Shown: positions 12,324 through 21,116 of the stretch, in pieces
Numbering within the stretch: the stretch's first letter is position 1
How the letters are laid out: each line of letters begins with the position of its first letter
Source of the DNA: an uncultured Rhodospirillales bacterium
Lineage (GTDB): Bacteria > Pseudomonadota > Alphaproteobacteria > UBA9219 > RGZA01
Length of the DNA: 64,000 bases
Assembly (NCBI GenBank): GCA_964568585.1
Contig: CAZMQI010000002.1
Span: 9,237 to 73,236 of the forward strand
Reading direction: 5' to 3'
Translations under genes and position numbers: made by a program
The notes under the pieces: generated by a model
What the model was told of the DNA's origin: nothing
The model's database searches: none
The model's input: the letters and a program-made list of their open reading frames with translations, nothing else

Positions 12324-15300
12324 TTAAGCTGTAATGGTTGCGGCAGCGCCTCTGCCAAAACGGTCGCTTAGCTGATAGACATTCACCGTCACCGCACTTT
12401 GCGTCGCGCCAAAATCGGTTGTTTGCTGTGCAGCGGTATAAATGATGGTCGCGGCTGGTTGATTTAGAAAGCTTCGTACGACAGCACTGCCGTTCATGAT
12501 TTCTATATCATACAGCTCTGCGGTTTCATCAAGTGGCACATCGATAACATCCACCCATTCGCAATTGCTTCGTGCGCGGCGTTTCCACACCAATGTTATA
12601 TCCAGACTTCCATTACGCGACGCCGCAACATGGCACGGTGCCAGCGGTTTCAGATTAGTCATCTGCGGCACGAACACGGTGTCCGCTACATCATGAACAT
12701 CCTGCCCGATGCTTGGTGTGCGGTAGTAGAATGTGCGCCCCTTATCACTAATATTCAGCGGCAAGAAGCGAACTGTGGCTGGTTGCAATAATACAAACCG
12801 TTCGCCGAGTATATGCGTGCCGGTCGCGGCTTCACTGCCCTTTCGTCCACGCAATAGATTGGAAAGTGTTATGCTGCCATCGGCATTCAAATTCGCATTC
12901 TGGAATTGGATGATTTCATCGCCAAGCAATGCGGCATTCGTGCCATTCAACATATCGTCGATGCTGCAACTTGATAAACTGCCACGCAGCAATGCAACCG
13001 TCACTGTACTTACCCTATCCATATAATATGTTGACCGCTGCGGCAGTACTGTTGTGGCCATGCCGATGGTTGCAGGTAACGAAAAGCTATCTTGCGCGGC
13101 ATAGTTTGTGCCATCGGTTGAACGCATCAAACTTGCACCAGGCCACGCTGCCGTGCCGGAAACGCCCACATAAAATCCTGGCTGGTCGTCTTCGGCACGC
13201 AATAACCCGATATCGAGCAAGCATAACGTGCTGGAAATCAGCGATAGCACATCACGGGAAACACCTTTGCCGCCGTCTGCCTTCGCAGAACTCGTCAACA
13301 CCAGATCTGAAACCGGTACGGTTTGTGCTTTTAAAATGCCGCCTTGCTGGTTGATTTGTGTCACGCGCAAGATATGGCCGGAAAAACTAATAACATCTCC
13401 CGCATCCAATCGTGCGATGCTGCGATTCACATGTAATTCATGTTCACTGCGCTCTGCCCAGCGGCGATAGAGCTGGCTTTCCGCGATTTGCTTGGCTTTT
13501 TGTGCCGGGCATACAACGGGCAGCCTTACATTCTCAATACTACGTGCATCACTGGTAATGCGGTGTGCGCGTTGTGATCCGCGCTGGAAATCCAATGCCG
13601 GGTCGAGATAATCCACGCTGATTTCGCGCGGCAAATCCAGTTCCTGCCCTCTGGTGGTTTGCAGGGCTGGGGGTTGCTCCTGTTTTTCGAGAGCCGCACG
13701 CGCCTCACTGGAAGCAATTGTTACATCCACCGACGCGCTATAGGTCTTTGCCTTTATCATCCCATCGGTCTCGATTAAATCGAATGGGGTATAGACCTGT
13801 AATGGCTCCAATGCTGCTCTGGCGGATGATACATTATCAATGACATAGCCTTGCACGCTCAACGCACCCAACGCGCTCACGTCAATATCGCCGACAGCAT
13901 AGCCAGCACGCGTCAAAATATCGGTAACAATCGCACTGATATTTTGTTCGGCTTGTCCACGTTCAATCAACGCGATGCGTGAAATGGTGCCGGAACCACC
14001 TGTTGCCTGCACGACAAAGCGCGTGGCATCCACAGGATAGAAGCTAAAATTATTGAGCACGCCGCCATAGCTTCCAGTCACTAATGTGCTGGCTGTTAAT
14101 AGCGTAAAACCTGTTGCCGTAACAGCAATCTCGCCATAGCGATACGAAACCGTGCTGTACACCATATGCAGAAAGCAAATCCGCCCATCACGAATGGCGA
14201 CAGACATATCCCCACTTGGCGGCACAGCAATGCTTGTCCAATTGCGTGTGACAATCGCCGAATTGAAATTCACCGTGAAACTCAGCAGGCGTATTTCACC
14301 AACCCCCATACGGGCCAGCACGACTTCATTCGCGTTGAGCGGTAATATCGCTGCGCTAATGGATGCAAACCCGCCAAGCGTATTGCTGAGGAGTGTTTCG
14401 CCGCCAACCTCCAGACCGTTATTCTGCCAGCGCAGCGTTCTGGTATAGAGCGATGCGGGACTAACCAGCACATCGCCCATGATACAACATAGCCCGCCTG
14501 ATAATTTGCAGAACTGCGCGAAGGGAAGTGTGAAACGTGTCGCACTGCTACCAGCACCCCATACACCGAAAAAGCCAAGCGCAACAGGCGTTGTTCCAGA
14601 CGCAGCATAGACACGAACACCGCATTGACCAGAGACCACGTCTTGTAATACCACGCGCTGTTCATCAAGCCATGCGAGCTGATTAAGCGCACTGGAATAG
14701 CCCAGATTTTCACTTAGTAAACTTCCAAAACTACGTGTGGCGATTTTATAAAATGCGATTGTCGCAGGATTACCTGCATCATAATGCTGCATATAACATG
14801 CGATGGTAGTTGCATCGGGGCTTAAGGCCCAACTGACGTCAGCCAGATCGCTGCTGCGAGTAATGCTGGCGCTGAGCGTGCGGGTGATTTCAACCGGCGC
14901 GCTACCTGTCATATCCATTTCAATCGCAACGAATTGGAATGATGTGCTGGTTTGAATAACACCACCCATCACCATGCGCGTAATACTGGAACCCGCTCTC
15001 GCAATTGCAATTGCTGGCATTGCATTATAACTGGCGACCGTTTGTGGACGTGATAGCAATGTAGGATTGGTCGTTCCAAGAAATCGTGGCGCGATTGCCG
15101 CATCCGCCGGATAACATTCAAACGTCATATTCGGCAAACGATTGCCAAAATTGGCCAGCTGCAAACGATGAAATGCCACGTAAGCAATACCGCGATAAGC
15201 GGGAACATTGCCTGCACCTAAATACCCTTCCATAAGCGGCGAAGCGGTCTGTGTTTCAGTACCAAGATAGAATTCGGCATCGGTTACGATATTGGCATTC

Positions 15301-15737
15301 CATTTTCCGTCGCTGTAAATGATTTTGCTGTCCGCCCATATGGTACGAATGCTGCCGATGCTGACACCGCTCATCCCCATACCGATTGCAACGGCAAGGT
15401 CTACCGCATAGCTGGCACGCTGAACGGATGCGCTGCTGCTCCCGCCCTTGCCGCCCACTTGGTCGCTGGAAAGCGTTTCGATTAAATCACTGCACCAAAT
15501 TACATTTCCTGCAATACGTGCGTTGCCATATACCACGGGGATAGATTTGCCATAGGTTGAATCCTGAATTTTCAGATTTTCAAGACGCGGTCCTTTGATA
15601 TGACTACTGCCAAATATCGCATTATCGATTTGCCCGCCAAGATATGCGCCCACACCACCCAGCAATGCGCCGCCGATACCCGGAAGCAATGCATTACCAA
15701 GTGCGGAACCACCCACGGTAAGAACAAGCGATGCCAT
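12324..15737 (-). CDS. GTA g15-like host-specificity / baseplate hub (megatron-type) protein
   Basis: 1137 aa. Glycine-zipper N-terminus (GGSALGNALLPGIGGALLGGVGAYLGG), then IKGPRLENLKIQDSTYGKSIPVVYGNARIAGNVIW and ANFGNRLPNMTFE. The C-terminal half resembles phage host-specificity (Phage-tail_3) regions. It sits directly after the g14 peptidase. Confidence 0.85.
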   Translation of the reverse strand: MASLVLTVGGSALGNALLPGIGGALLGGVGAYLGGQIDNAIFGSSHIKGPRLENLKIQDSTYGKSIPVVYGNARIAGNVIWCSDLIETLSSDQVGGKGGSSSASVQRASYAVDLAVAIGMGMSGVSIGSIRTIWADSKIIYSDGKWNANIVTDAEFYLGTETQTASPLMEGYLGAGNVPAYRGIAYVAFHRLQLANFGNRLPNMTFECYPADAAIAPRFLGTTNPTLLSRPQTVASYNAMPAIAIARAGSSITRMVMGGVIQTSTSFQFVAIEMDMTGSAPVEITRTLSASITRSSDLADVSWALSPDATTIACYMQHYDAGNPATIAFYKIATRSFGSLLSENLGYSSALNQLAWLDEQRVVLQDVVSGQCGVRVYAASGTTPVALGFFGVWGAGSSATRFTLPFAQFCKLSGGLCCIMGDVLVSPASLYTRTLRWQNNGLEVGGETLLSNTLGGFASISAAILPLNANEVVLARMGVGEIRLLSFTVNFNSAIVTRNWTSIAVPPSGDMSVAIRDGRICFLHMVYSTVSYRYGEIAVTATGFTLLTASTLVTGSYGGVLNNFSFYPVDATRFVVQATGGSGTISRIALIERGQAEQNISAIVTDILTRAGYAVGDIDVSALGALSVQGYVIDNVSSARAALEPLQVYTPFDLIETDGMIKAKTYSASVDVTIASSEARAALEKQEQPPALQTTRGQELDLPREISVDYLDPALDFQRGSQRAHRITSDARSIENVRLPVVCPAQKAKQIAESQLYRRWAERSEHELHVNRSIARLDAGDVISFSGHILRVTQINQQGGILKAQTVPVSDLVLTSSAKADGGKGVSRDVLSLISSTLCLLDIGLLRAEDDQPGFYVGVSGTAAWPGASLMRSTDGTNYAAQDSFSLPATIGMATTVLPQRSTYYMDRVSTVTVALLRGSLSSCSIDDMLNGTNAALLGDEIIQFQNANLNADGSITLSNLLRGRKGSEAATGTHILGERFVLLQPATVRFLPLNISDKGRTFYYRTPSIGQDVHDVADTVFVPQMTNLKPLAPCHVAASRNGSLDITLVWKRRARSNCEWVDVIDVPLDETAELYDIEIMNGSAVVRSFLNQPAATIIYTAAQQTTDFGATQSAVTVNVYQLSDRFGRGAAATITA

Positions 15738-16160
15738 TTATGTTTCCTGAATTAAAAATGGGTGACGATAAATACCGACCATGCGCCGTTGCCATGTCTC
15801 ACCCAGCCCGGTTTCAACCACGCGCCCAATGGGGGCATAGGCATGCACCATCACATCTTGTGAAACGGCAAGACCCACATGTTGTGGTTCGCCGTTAAAC
15901 CGGAATAGCAACACATCACCTGCTGTAACAGCTTCCACCTGCTCAAATCCATGCGCGACGAGTGCCGCGTGAAGTTTTTTGCCTTCCGGCTCGCGGCCAT
16001 AATCCTGCTGATCCTCAACCATAATGCCGACACGCTTTACCGCATGTATGACAAGCCCGATGCAGTCAAGCCCAATGCCCGCCACGCGGCCTTGATGGTA
16101 AAATGGCGTGCCGATGCATGCTCTGGCAGTATTCACCAGAGATGTTTGATATTCGTTCAT
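15738..16160 (-). CDS. GTA g14-like NlpC/P60 cell-wall peptidase
   Basis: GLDCIGLV (catalytic Cys) and PQHVGL (His) motifs. 140 aa. Its stop abuts the g15 start. Confidence 0.85.
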   Translation of the reverse strand: MNEYQTSLVNTARACIGTPFYHQGRVAGIGLDCIGLVIHAVKRVGIMVEDQQDYGREPEGKKLHAALVAHGFEQVEAVTAGDVLLFRFNGEPQHVGLAVSQDVMVHAYAPIGRVVETGLGETWQRRMVGIYRHPFLIQET

Positions 16161-16165
16161 AAGGG

Positions 16166-16798
16166 CTACCTGATGCGTTGTGCTCTGCGTGCTGCATCCA
16201 TCATCGATGCAGCAATTTGCGTCTGACTTGCTTGAAAACTCGCCGCATCCTGCGCGGTGATGTTCATAACGATGTTTAAAGCACCACCAACATCGGGATT
16301 GATGCGGCCAGATGTTTGCGGAACGAATAATTCTGGCCCGCGCTCGCCCACCAGATACGGTTGTCCAGCACCAACGGGGCCGCCAAATGCACGTGCACCG
16401 AATAGGCCGGCGATGCTGTTGGTCAACTCTCCCAGCAGTCCGCCCGTGCCTTGTGCTGGCAACACATCGCCCACCTTATCAATCTGACTAAGTTTTGCGG
16501 ATTCTCCTCCAAACAAGATATCGGAGAGCGGATTAAGCACAGCCGTCTTAATTGCCAAATCTGCTAATGCCTTACGTATATTATCAAACGTCTTGGAGAA
16601 TGTATCTCCACCATTAATTGCATCAGTTAGTGATTTTGAAAAATCCTCTTTAATTGTTTTAGCAGTCTTGGCAAATTCAAGATTGAGCTGGCTTAATTTA
16701 TCTTTAGCTTTATCAGCACTGTCGCCTGCTTTATCTACAGCTGGGGTTGTTTTATCTGCCGCATCCTGTAGACTTTGAAAGTCGTCAATAGGGGTCAT
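16166..16798 (-). CDS. Short tail tape-measure protein (RcGTA g11-like), in a non-canonical position
   Basis: 210 aa. The N-terminal half is helical and Lys/Asp/Ala-rich. The C-terminal half is Gly-rich with GAGQPYLVGERGPELFVPQTSGRI, the TMP-type GE(R/A)GPE motif. Confidence 0.7.
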   Translation of the reverse strand: MTPIDDFQSLQDAADKTTPAVDKAGDSADKAKDKLSQLNLEFAKTAKTIKEDFSKSLTDAINGGDTFSKTFDNIRKALADLAIKTAVLNPLSDILFGGESAKLSQIDKVGDVLPAQGTGGLLGELTNSIAGLFGARAFGGPVGAGQPYLVGERGPELFVPQTSGRINPDVGGALNIVMNITAQDAASFQASQTQIAASMMDAARRAQRIR

Positions 16799-16801
16799 GG
16801 T

Positions 16802-17245
16802 ATGTCCAATCTAAAACGTCTTGGTAGTCTGTTGCTGTTGCTGTCAGTGACAGCATGCATTGGTTCTTCTGGACCTTTAGTCCATTTATATGGTGGCGAA
16901 GGTCAGCGGCAAAACGGCAGCACGGAACTGGATGACGCATTTAATCATGATTTAATTGGTAAAACATACGATCAACTCATTGTTCAATATGGCCCTGCAA
17001 GCCGTACTGCTACACTCGATAGCGGATATAAAATGATGCAATATAATAGCAAGCGAACCATTATTTACGATGACGGGAAGCGCAATTACACAAACTGCGA
17101 ATTGCGGCTATGGCTGCGCGACAAAAAAGTGCGGCGCGTTGATTATTTGGGTGACCAAGTGGTTTGTGCAAAATTTATAATTACTGGACGAAAGAACTTT
17201 ATTGATGATGATCGTTTGCATTTTACCAACGCGTATCGTCAATAA
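16802..17245 (+). CDS. Small lipoprotein encoded antisense inside the GTA cluster (moron-like)
   Basis: ORF 16775-17245 trimmed to the ATG at 16802. Lipobox MSNLKRLGSLLLLLSVTAC. Its start is 3 nt from the divergent tape-measure start (16798). Its stop (17243-17245) abuts the g13 stop (17246-17248). It looks more AT-rich than its flanks by eye. Confidence 0.6.
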   Translation: MSNLKRLGSLLLLLSVTACIGSSGPLVHLYGGEGQRQNGSTELDDAFNHDLIGKTYDQLIVQYGPASRTATLDSGYKMMQYNSKRTIIYDDGKRNYTNCELRLWLRDKKVRRVDYLGDQVVCAKFIITGRKNFIDDDRLHFTNAYRQ

Positions 17246-18091
17246 TCAACTCCGTGCATCGGGATAATTCAAAATCCGGTCAACGCCCGGCAAATACGGA
17301 AATCCGCCAAAATTTGCCGCGTTGTTAAACACGCTCTGGCATGTCGCAAACCGTTTATCGCAGCCCTTATAGACCGAATAGGTATCACCCGCCGCAATTG
17401 CATTCGGCATCGGCAGCCACAGCGTGAATTGCTTGGCAATAAAGCTTTTTACTTCCATAGATAGACCTGTATTCGCGCCAGTCACCCATGTCAGCAACCC
17501 ATAATTAAATATATTATCCGCTTCGCTACGTGTGGCATCGGTAAAGCGCGCAAAATCGGTTACACTACTCGCGCTTCCGGAGACGGTATAGGCGGCCAGA
17601 TTGATTTTGCAACTGGCATCCCCAAGCGTATGGCGACACTCCGGCGAATAGATTTTCCCGAACGGACGTTGCAATAAATCATGTAGCCCGCGCAGCTCGG
17701 CCTGATATTTCCCGCCCACGAGTTTTATTTCACCAAGCCAGCCACGGCGCAACTGCATCACACCTTGTGTTACATCCGCCCAATTACATGCGTAAACATC
17801 AATTCGCGCATGATCGTATAATCCCGCGCGTAAATCGGCATCACTGATGCTTGCGCTATCCAGCAATCCGATAATATCAAGATTATCGGTTGATAATTCC
17901 GCGCGCGCTTGAATGGCGCTTGCTTGAAATGCGCCATCGGCCTTGTAGGTCACACCACTTACCACCACATCCTTATCGGTTGTTGTAAACCCCAACACCA
18001 CACTGTCTTTGCGTGTAATTTTGACCAGCGTTGCCAGCGTTGAAAGCTCTTGTGATAAATGGATTTGCAGCGCAGGTGATAGGGTTTTCAT
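17246..18091 (-). CDS. GTA g13-like hub protein (DUF2163 + phage BR0599 C-terminal domain)
   Basis: N-terminus LQIHLSQELSTLATLVKITRKDSVVLGFTTTDKDVVVSGVTYKA. C-terminus GCDKRFATCQSVFNNAANFGGFPYLPG. Confidence 0.85.
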   Translation of the reverse strand: MKTLSPALQIHLSQELSTLATLVKITRKDSVVLGFTTTDKDVVVSGVTYKADGAFQASAIQARAELSTDNLDIIGLLDSASISDADLRAGLYDHARIDVYACNWADVTQGVMQLRRGWLGEIKLVGGKYQAELRGLHDLLQRPFGKIYSPECRHTLGDASCKINLAAYTVSGSASSVTDFARFTDATRSEADNIFNYGLLTWVTGANTGLSMEVKSFIAKQFTLWLPMPNAIAAGDTYSVYKGCDKRFATCQSVFNNAANFGGFPYLPGVDRILNYPDARS

Positions 18092-18714
18092 ATGCGTACC
18101 TCCACCAATGGAATAGTGGATGTATATTGCTGAAAATCCTGTGCGCTTAAGCGTAATTGATCTGTATCGAACCGCACAGGCACATCGAATGTAAATCCTG
18201 CGGTAATGGCTGCGCTGGCAATCGGCGCGGCAGCAAAGGTCACAATACCGGTTGTCGTATCAACGCTCCATCCGCTGAATGCCTGTACCCCGTTCACGCC
18301 AATGGTCACACTGCCCGTCACAGGTTTGCGGATGTCGCGCGTATGGGTGATGCTAGCACTGATATAATTTTTCTTGAGCTGGAACTGGGTCAGCGTGCCA
18401 TTGCCCGTGCCGATACTTTGGTCACTAAACGCGCTGGTCGATAACCCATCTGCTGCACTTGTATAATCACTCCAGTCTTTGACGCGAAAGCCTCTAGCAC
18501 GTCCGGCCCGCGCATGGAAAAACGTGATCAGCGTTGCGACATCACTTGCAGTGCGAAGTCCAGTTGCTGCATCAAAATGCCGCCTTGCCTGACTCCAGTT
18601 CTGATTGCGGCGTTCATATCCGCCATCAATTGTGATGACTTCCGTTGAAAAGGCTGGCCCGCCGGAACTGCCAAAGCCGACACGCAGTGGGAACTGAACT
18701 TCATCAAAGGCCAT
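18088..18714 (-). CDS. GTA g12-like distal tail protein (DUF2460/TIGR02217)
   Basis: FPLRVGFGSSGGPAFSTEVITIDGGYERRNQNWSQARRHFDAATG...FFHARAGRARGFRVKDWSDY. Confidence 0.85.
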   Translation of the reverse strand: MAFDEVQFPLRVGFGSSGGPAFSTEVITIDGGYERRNQNWSQARRHFDAATGLRTASDVATLITFFHARAGRARGFRVKDWSDYTSAADGLSTSAFSDQSIGTGNGTLTQFQLKKNYISASITHTRDIRKPVTGSVTIGVNGVQAFSGWSVDTTTGIVTFAAAPIASAAITAGFTFDVPVRFDTDQLRLSAQDFQQYTSTIPLVEVRI

Positions 18715-18943
18715 GTGTGTTCTCGTCTAATAATTTTCGTAAGCTCCGCACATCATCATGCGATAGATTATTGGCGGGCTTTAACCCGTGAAACAGTTCA
18801 AAGCCATGCCACGCATTTAAAAAATCAAATGGCGTTGCTTGCCAAAATGCATCGGGCGACCAACCCATTACGCCGCAAGCCGCGCCCATCGCATTATTTA
18901 TAAAAGCGTTTTTTATAAAGTCAGCCACGTATACCACAGGCAT
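18704..18943 (-). CDS. GTA g10.1-like tail assembly chaperone (rcc01693 family)
   Basis: 79 aa with the MGWSPDAFWQATPFDFLNAW motif. It overlaps the 3' end of g10 by 23 nt in another frame. Confidence 0.7.
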   Translation of the reverse strand: MPVVYVADFIKNAFINNAMGAACGVMGWSPDAFWQATPFDFLNAWHGFELFHGLKPANNLSHDDVRSLRKLLDENTHGL

Positions 18944-19238
18944 GCGCCAAAAATGTGCCGCAAGGTTCGATGATTTGCGTGATGCCTGTACCGATTACTC
19001 GATCCGGCAAATCGGCTGGCGCGTCTTGCGCTGCGCCCTTCAATCCTGCCTGCACAATTGCCACAAAATCGCCTGCATGGGATATTTTGCTGTTATGATA
19101 ATCACGTGCAATATCGATGATGCCGCGCTTGAAATGCTCTTCCAGCAAGGCAATCGCCTGAAAACTGGGGCGCATGACGTATTCATGCTCCAGCAATGTA
19201 ATTTTTACATCACCGCGTGATGGATTATATGTATTCAT
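18921..19238 (-). CDS. GTA g10-like tail assembly chaperone
   Basis: 105 aa, directly after the major tail gene. RPSFQAIALLEEHF... is typical of the 'gene transfer agent family protein'. Confidence 0.7.
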   Translation of the reverse strand: MNTYNPSRGDVKITLLEHEYVMRPSFQAIALLEEHFKRGIIDIARDYHNSKISHAGDFVAIVQAGLKGAAQDAPADLPDRVIGTGITQIIEPCGTFLAHACGIRG

Positions 19239-19239
19239 A

Positions 19240-19653
19240 TTACACCGTGGTGAAGGTCAACGCGCCGCCCGATTCAAAGCTCAGCTGATAGGTTTGCTCG
19301 TTATTGTAATCCCCCGCCGCTTCAAACTGCACAAGTTGGAATGGCCCTTCCAGCACATCGCCATTATCAAATGTGATGCGATAGCTATCAATGCTGCGGC
19401 TAATTGCGCGATTAACAAGCGTTTGCGTTTGCGCTTGCCCGCTCAGTAACCCTTTTGCGCCAACCGTCACGCTGACAACGCCAGCGGCAGCAAGTAATTC
19501 GCGGTATTGGCCGCTACTGCTTTTATCTGTTACATCCACTGCCTTGCCTTGAATGGTGAAATTGGTGGAGCGCATGGCAGCAATCACAGTTGCGCCACCC
19601 CCTGTGCCGTCGGCAATCAAAAGGGTTCGTCCTGTGCGGGCGTTCTGGGTCAT
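19240..19653 (-). CDS. Major tail protein (TP901-1 family, GTA g9-like)
   Basis: 137 aa. GRTLLIADGTGGGATVIAAMRSTNFTIQGKAVDVTDKSSSGQYRELLAAAGVVSVTVGAKG...YQLSFESGGALTF. Confidence 0.85.
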   Translation of the reverse strand: MTQNARTGRTLLIADGTGGGATVIAAMRSTNFTIQGKAVDVTDKSSSGQYRELLAAAGVVSVTVGAKGLLSGQAQTQTLVNRAISRSIDSYRITFDNGDVLEGPFQLVQFEAAGDYNNEQTYQLSFESGGALTFTTV

Positions 19654-19669
19654 ATCTCTCTCCTAAAGT

Positions 19670-20077
19670 TTAATGCTGAACTACAATTCGATAACGTACG
19701 ATGCCGTGAAGCGTCAGGCCGTCATTTTCCTGCGTCGTACTCGCTGATTGGAACTGGCATGACACATAATTGGCGCCTGTTACGGCAAGTGATGTGTTGT
19801 GCAACACATCGTAAATGGTCTGGATGATTTGTTTGAGCTCTTTGCGTCCGCGATAGCGCGACCACACATGCAATACCAGCAATTGTTCAAACCCGTTTTG
19901 ATCCTTGGTATCAAATTGTTTGATCAGCACGTCACCGAGCGTAACGTAAGGAAATAATGCCGCCGGAGGCACCACATCATAAAGCCGCGCAGGATTTCCA
20001 ACCAGCGTCTGCATGGGTCCACTGGAGGTCAACGCGCCATACACGGCTTCCTGCACTGCAAAAAGAGAGGTTGTCAT
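19670..20077 (-). CDS. Tail terminator-like protein (DUF3168, GTA g8-like)
   Basis: 135 aa. VYGALTSSGPMQTLVGNPARLYDVVPPAALFPYVTLGD. The position is conserved. Confidence 0.75.
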   Translation of the reverse strand: MTTSLFAVQEAVYGALTSSGPMQTLVGNPARLYDVVPPAALFPYVTLGDVLIKQFDTKDQNGFEQLLVLHVWSRYRGRKELKQIIQTIYDVLHNTSLAVTGANYVSCQFQSASTTQENDGLTLHGIVRYRIVVQH

Positions 20078-20400
20078 GTTGCTACACCTTCTTCTGCCAA
20101 AATTTCCAGTGCACGGTTTTGTTCCTGGATATTTTTGATAGAACGAATATTGAAGACACGGCTGCCAAGCATAAAGCGCATCGCAGGTGTAATTGCCGGA
20201 TCATAGCGCATATGGATGCGATGCGTAATTGTGCCGCTCAGTCTTCCTGCAATCACGATTTCTGAACCATTCACAGGTTCAATCGATGCCCATACGGTAT
20301 TAATCGTCGTCCATCCCATCACCGTGCCACCGCCTGTATCGGCAAGAGGATTTTCCTGCTGCACATAGAGCCGCTGGCGGAAAGTTCCAATGCCGTACAT
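20074..20400 (-). CDS. Head-tail adaptor / head closure protein (GTA g7-like)
   Basis: 108 aa. FRQRLYVQQE...WTTINTVWASIEPVNGSE...HRIHMRYDPAITPAMRF...RVFNIRSI. Confidence 0.8.
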   Translation of the reverse strand: MYGIGTFRQRLYVQQENPLADTGGGTVMGWTTINTVWASIEPVNGSEIVIAGRLSGTITHRIHMRYDPAITPAMRFMLGSRVFNIRSIKNIQEQNRALEILAEEGVAT

Positions 20401-20409
20401 GATAAACCT

Positions 20410-21063
20410 TTAATAACGTAAACGTTGAATGCGGAATGGCTGATACATTGCTTGTACAATCTCGGGCAATGATTTGACCGATAATGCGTCACCGTTGATA
20501 CGCAAGCCTTCACCACGATGTTCGTAAAGCTGTGCGACATGCGCGAGCATGCCTTGCTTTAATGCTTGCGGCACAGTGCTGGCCGCACCATAACCCGCCG
20601 TAAAATCAATGCTGATGCCGTTGCTCATTCGTTGCGGCGTTGGCCATGATGCGCTATTTCGCAATGCCAATCGTCCAGGCTCTGCGGCATTATCTACAAA
20701 ATACAGCGTGGGCGAAAAAACTGTGCTGCTATCGTCATCGGCATAAACCGTAACCGCACTGATGCTTTGTAATGGCGCACGCGGAAGGGTAATGAAGCGC
20801 TTCACGGTGAGCTTTGAAGCTGCACCTTGGTGCATACCATCCCACCACGACATGCTATCACCCGGAAATTCATCCAGCCATAACCGCCATCCCTGGGTAA
20901 TCAATGCACGCGTGGTGAACTCTTCGCAGATCATGCGCGTTGCGGTGATTAAATTCGTAATTAAACTATCGTCATCGTTGATGGTAACACGCAAATGCGC
21001 TTTTGCATCAGACAGGCTGATGGGTTCGCTCGCAGGAGGCGTTGTTCGGGTCAATGCTGTCAT
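20410..21063 (-). CDS. gp6-like head-tail connector protein (GTA g6-like)
   Basis: 217 aa. EPISLSDAKAHLRVTINDDDSLITNLITATRMICEEFTTRALITQGWRLWLD. Confidence 0.8.
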   Translation of the reverse strand: MTALTRTTPPASEPISLSDAKAHLRVTINDDDSLITNLITATRMICEEFTTRALITQGWRLWLDEFPGDSMSWWDGMHQGAASKLTVKRFITLPRAPLQSISAVTVYADDDSSTVFSPTLYFVDNAAEPGRLALRNSASWPTPQRMSNGISIDFTAGYGAASTVPQALKQGMLAHVAQLYEHRGEGLRINGDALSVKSLPEIVQAMYQPFRIQRLRY

Positions 21064-21080
21064 GTTAAACCTATAAAGAA

Positions 21081-21107
21081 GTAGGCGAGGATAAACGCCT
21101 CGCCTAC
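21081..21107 (-). terminator. Strong hairpin (candidate attenuator/terminator or RNA-stability element) between the capsid module and the connector genes
   Basis: On the minus strand: GTAGGCGAGG-CGTTTAT-CCTCGCCTAC (10-bp stem) followed by TTCTTTAT. It lies in the 53-nt gap between the 130-aa ORF and g6. Confidence 0.45.
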
Positions 21108-21116
21108 ATGCTCAAA

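Noticed and set aside
18921-18943. A programmed -1 frameshift joining the two tail chaperone ORFs, as with lambda G/GT.
   Set aside because: g10.1 is in the +1 (not -1) frame relative to g10 and has its own ATG at 18941-18943. I found no X-XXY-YYZ slippery heptamer inside the 23-nt overlap. The A-run (ATAAAAAAC) lies after the g10 stop.
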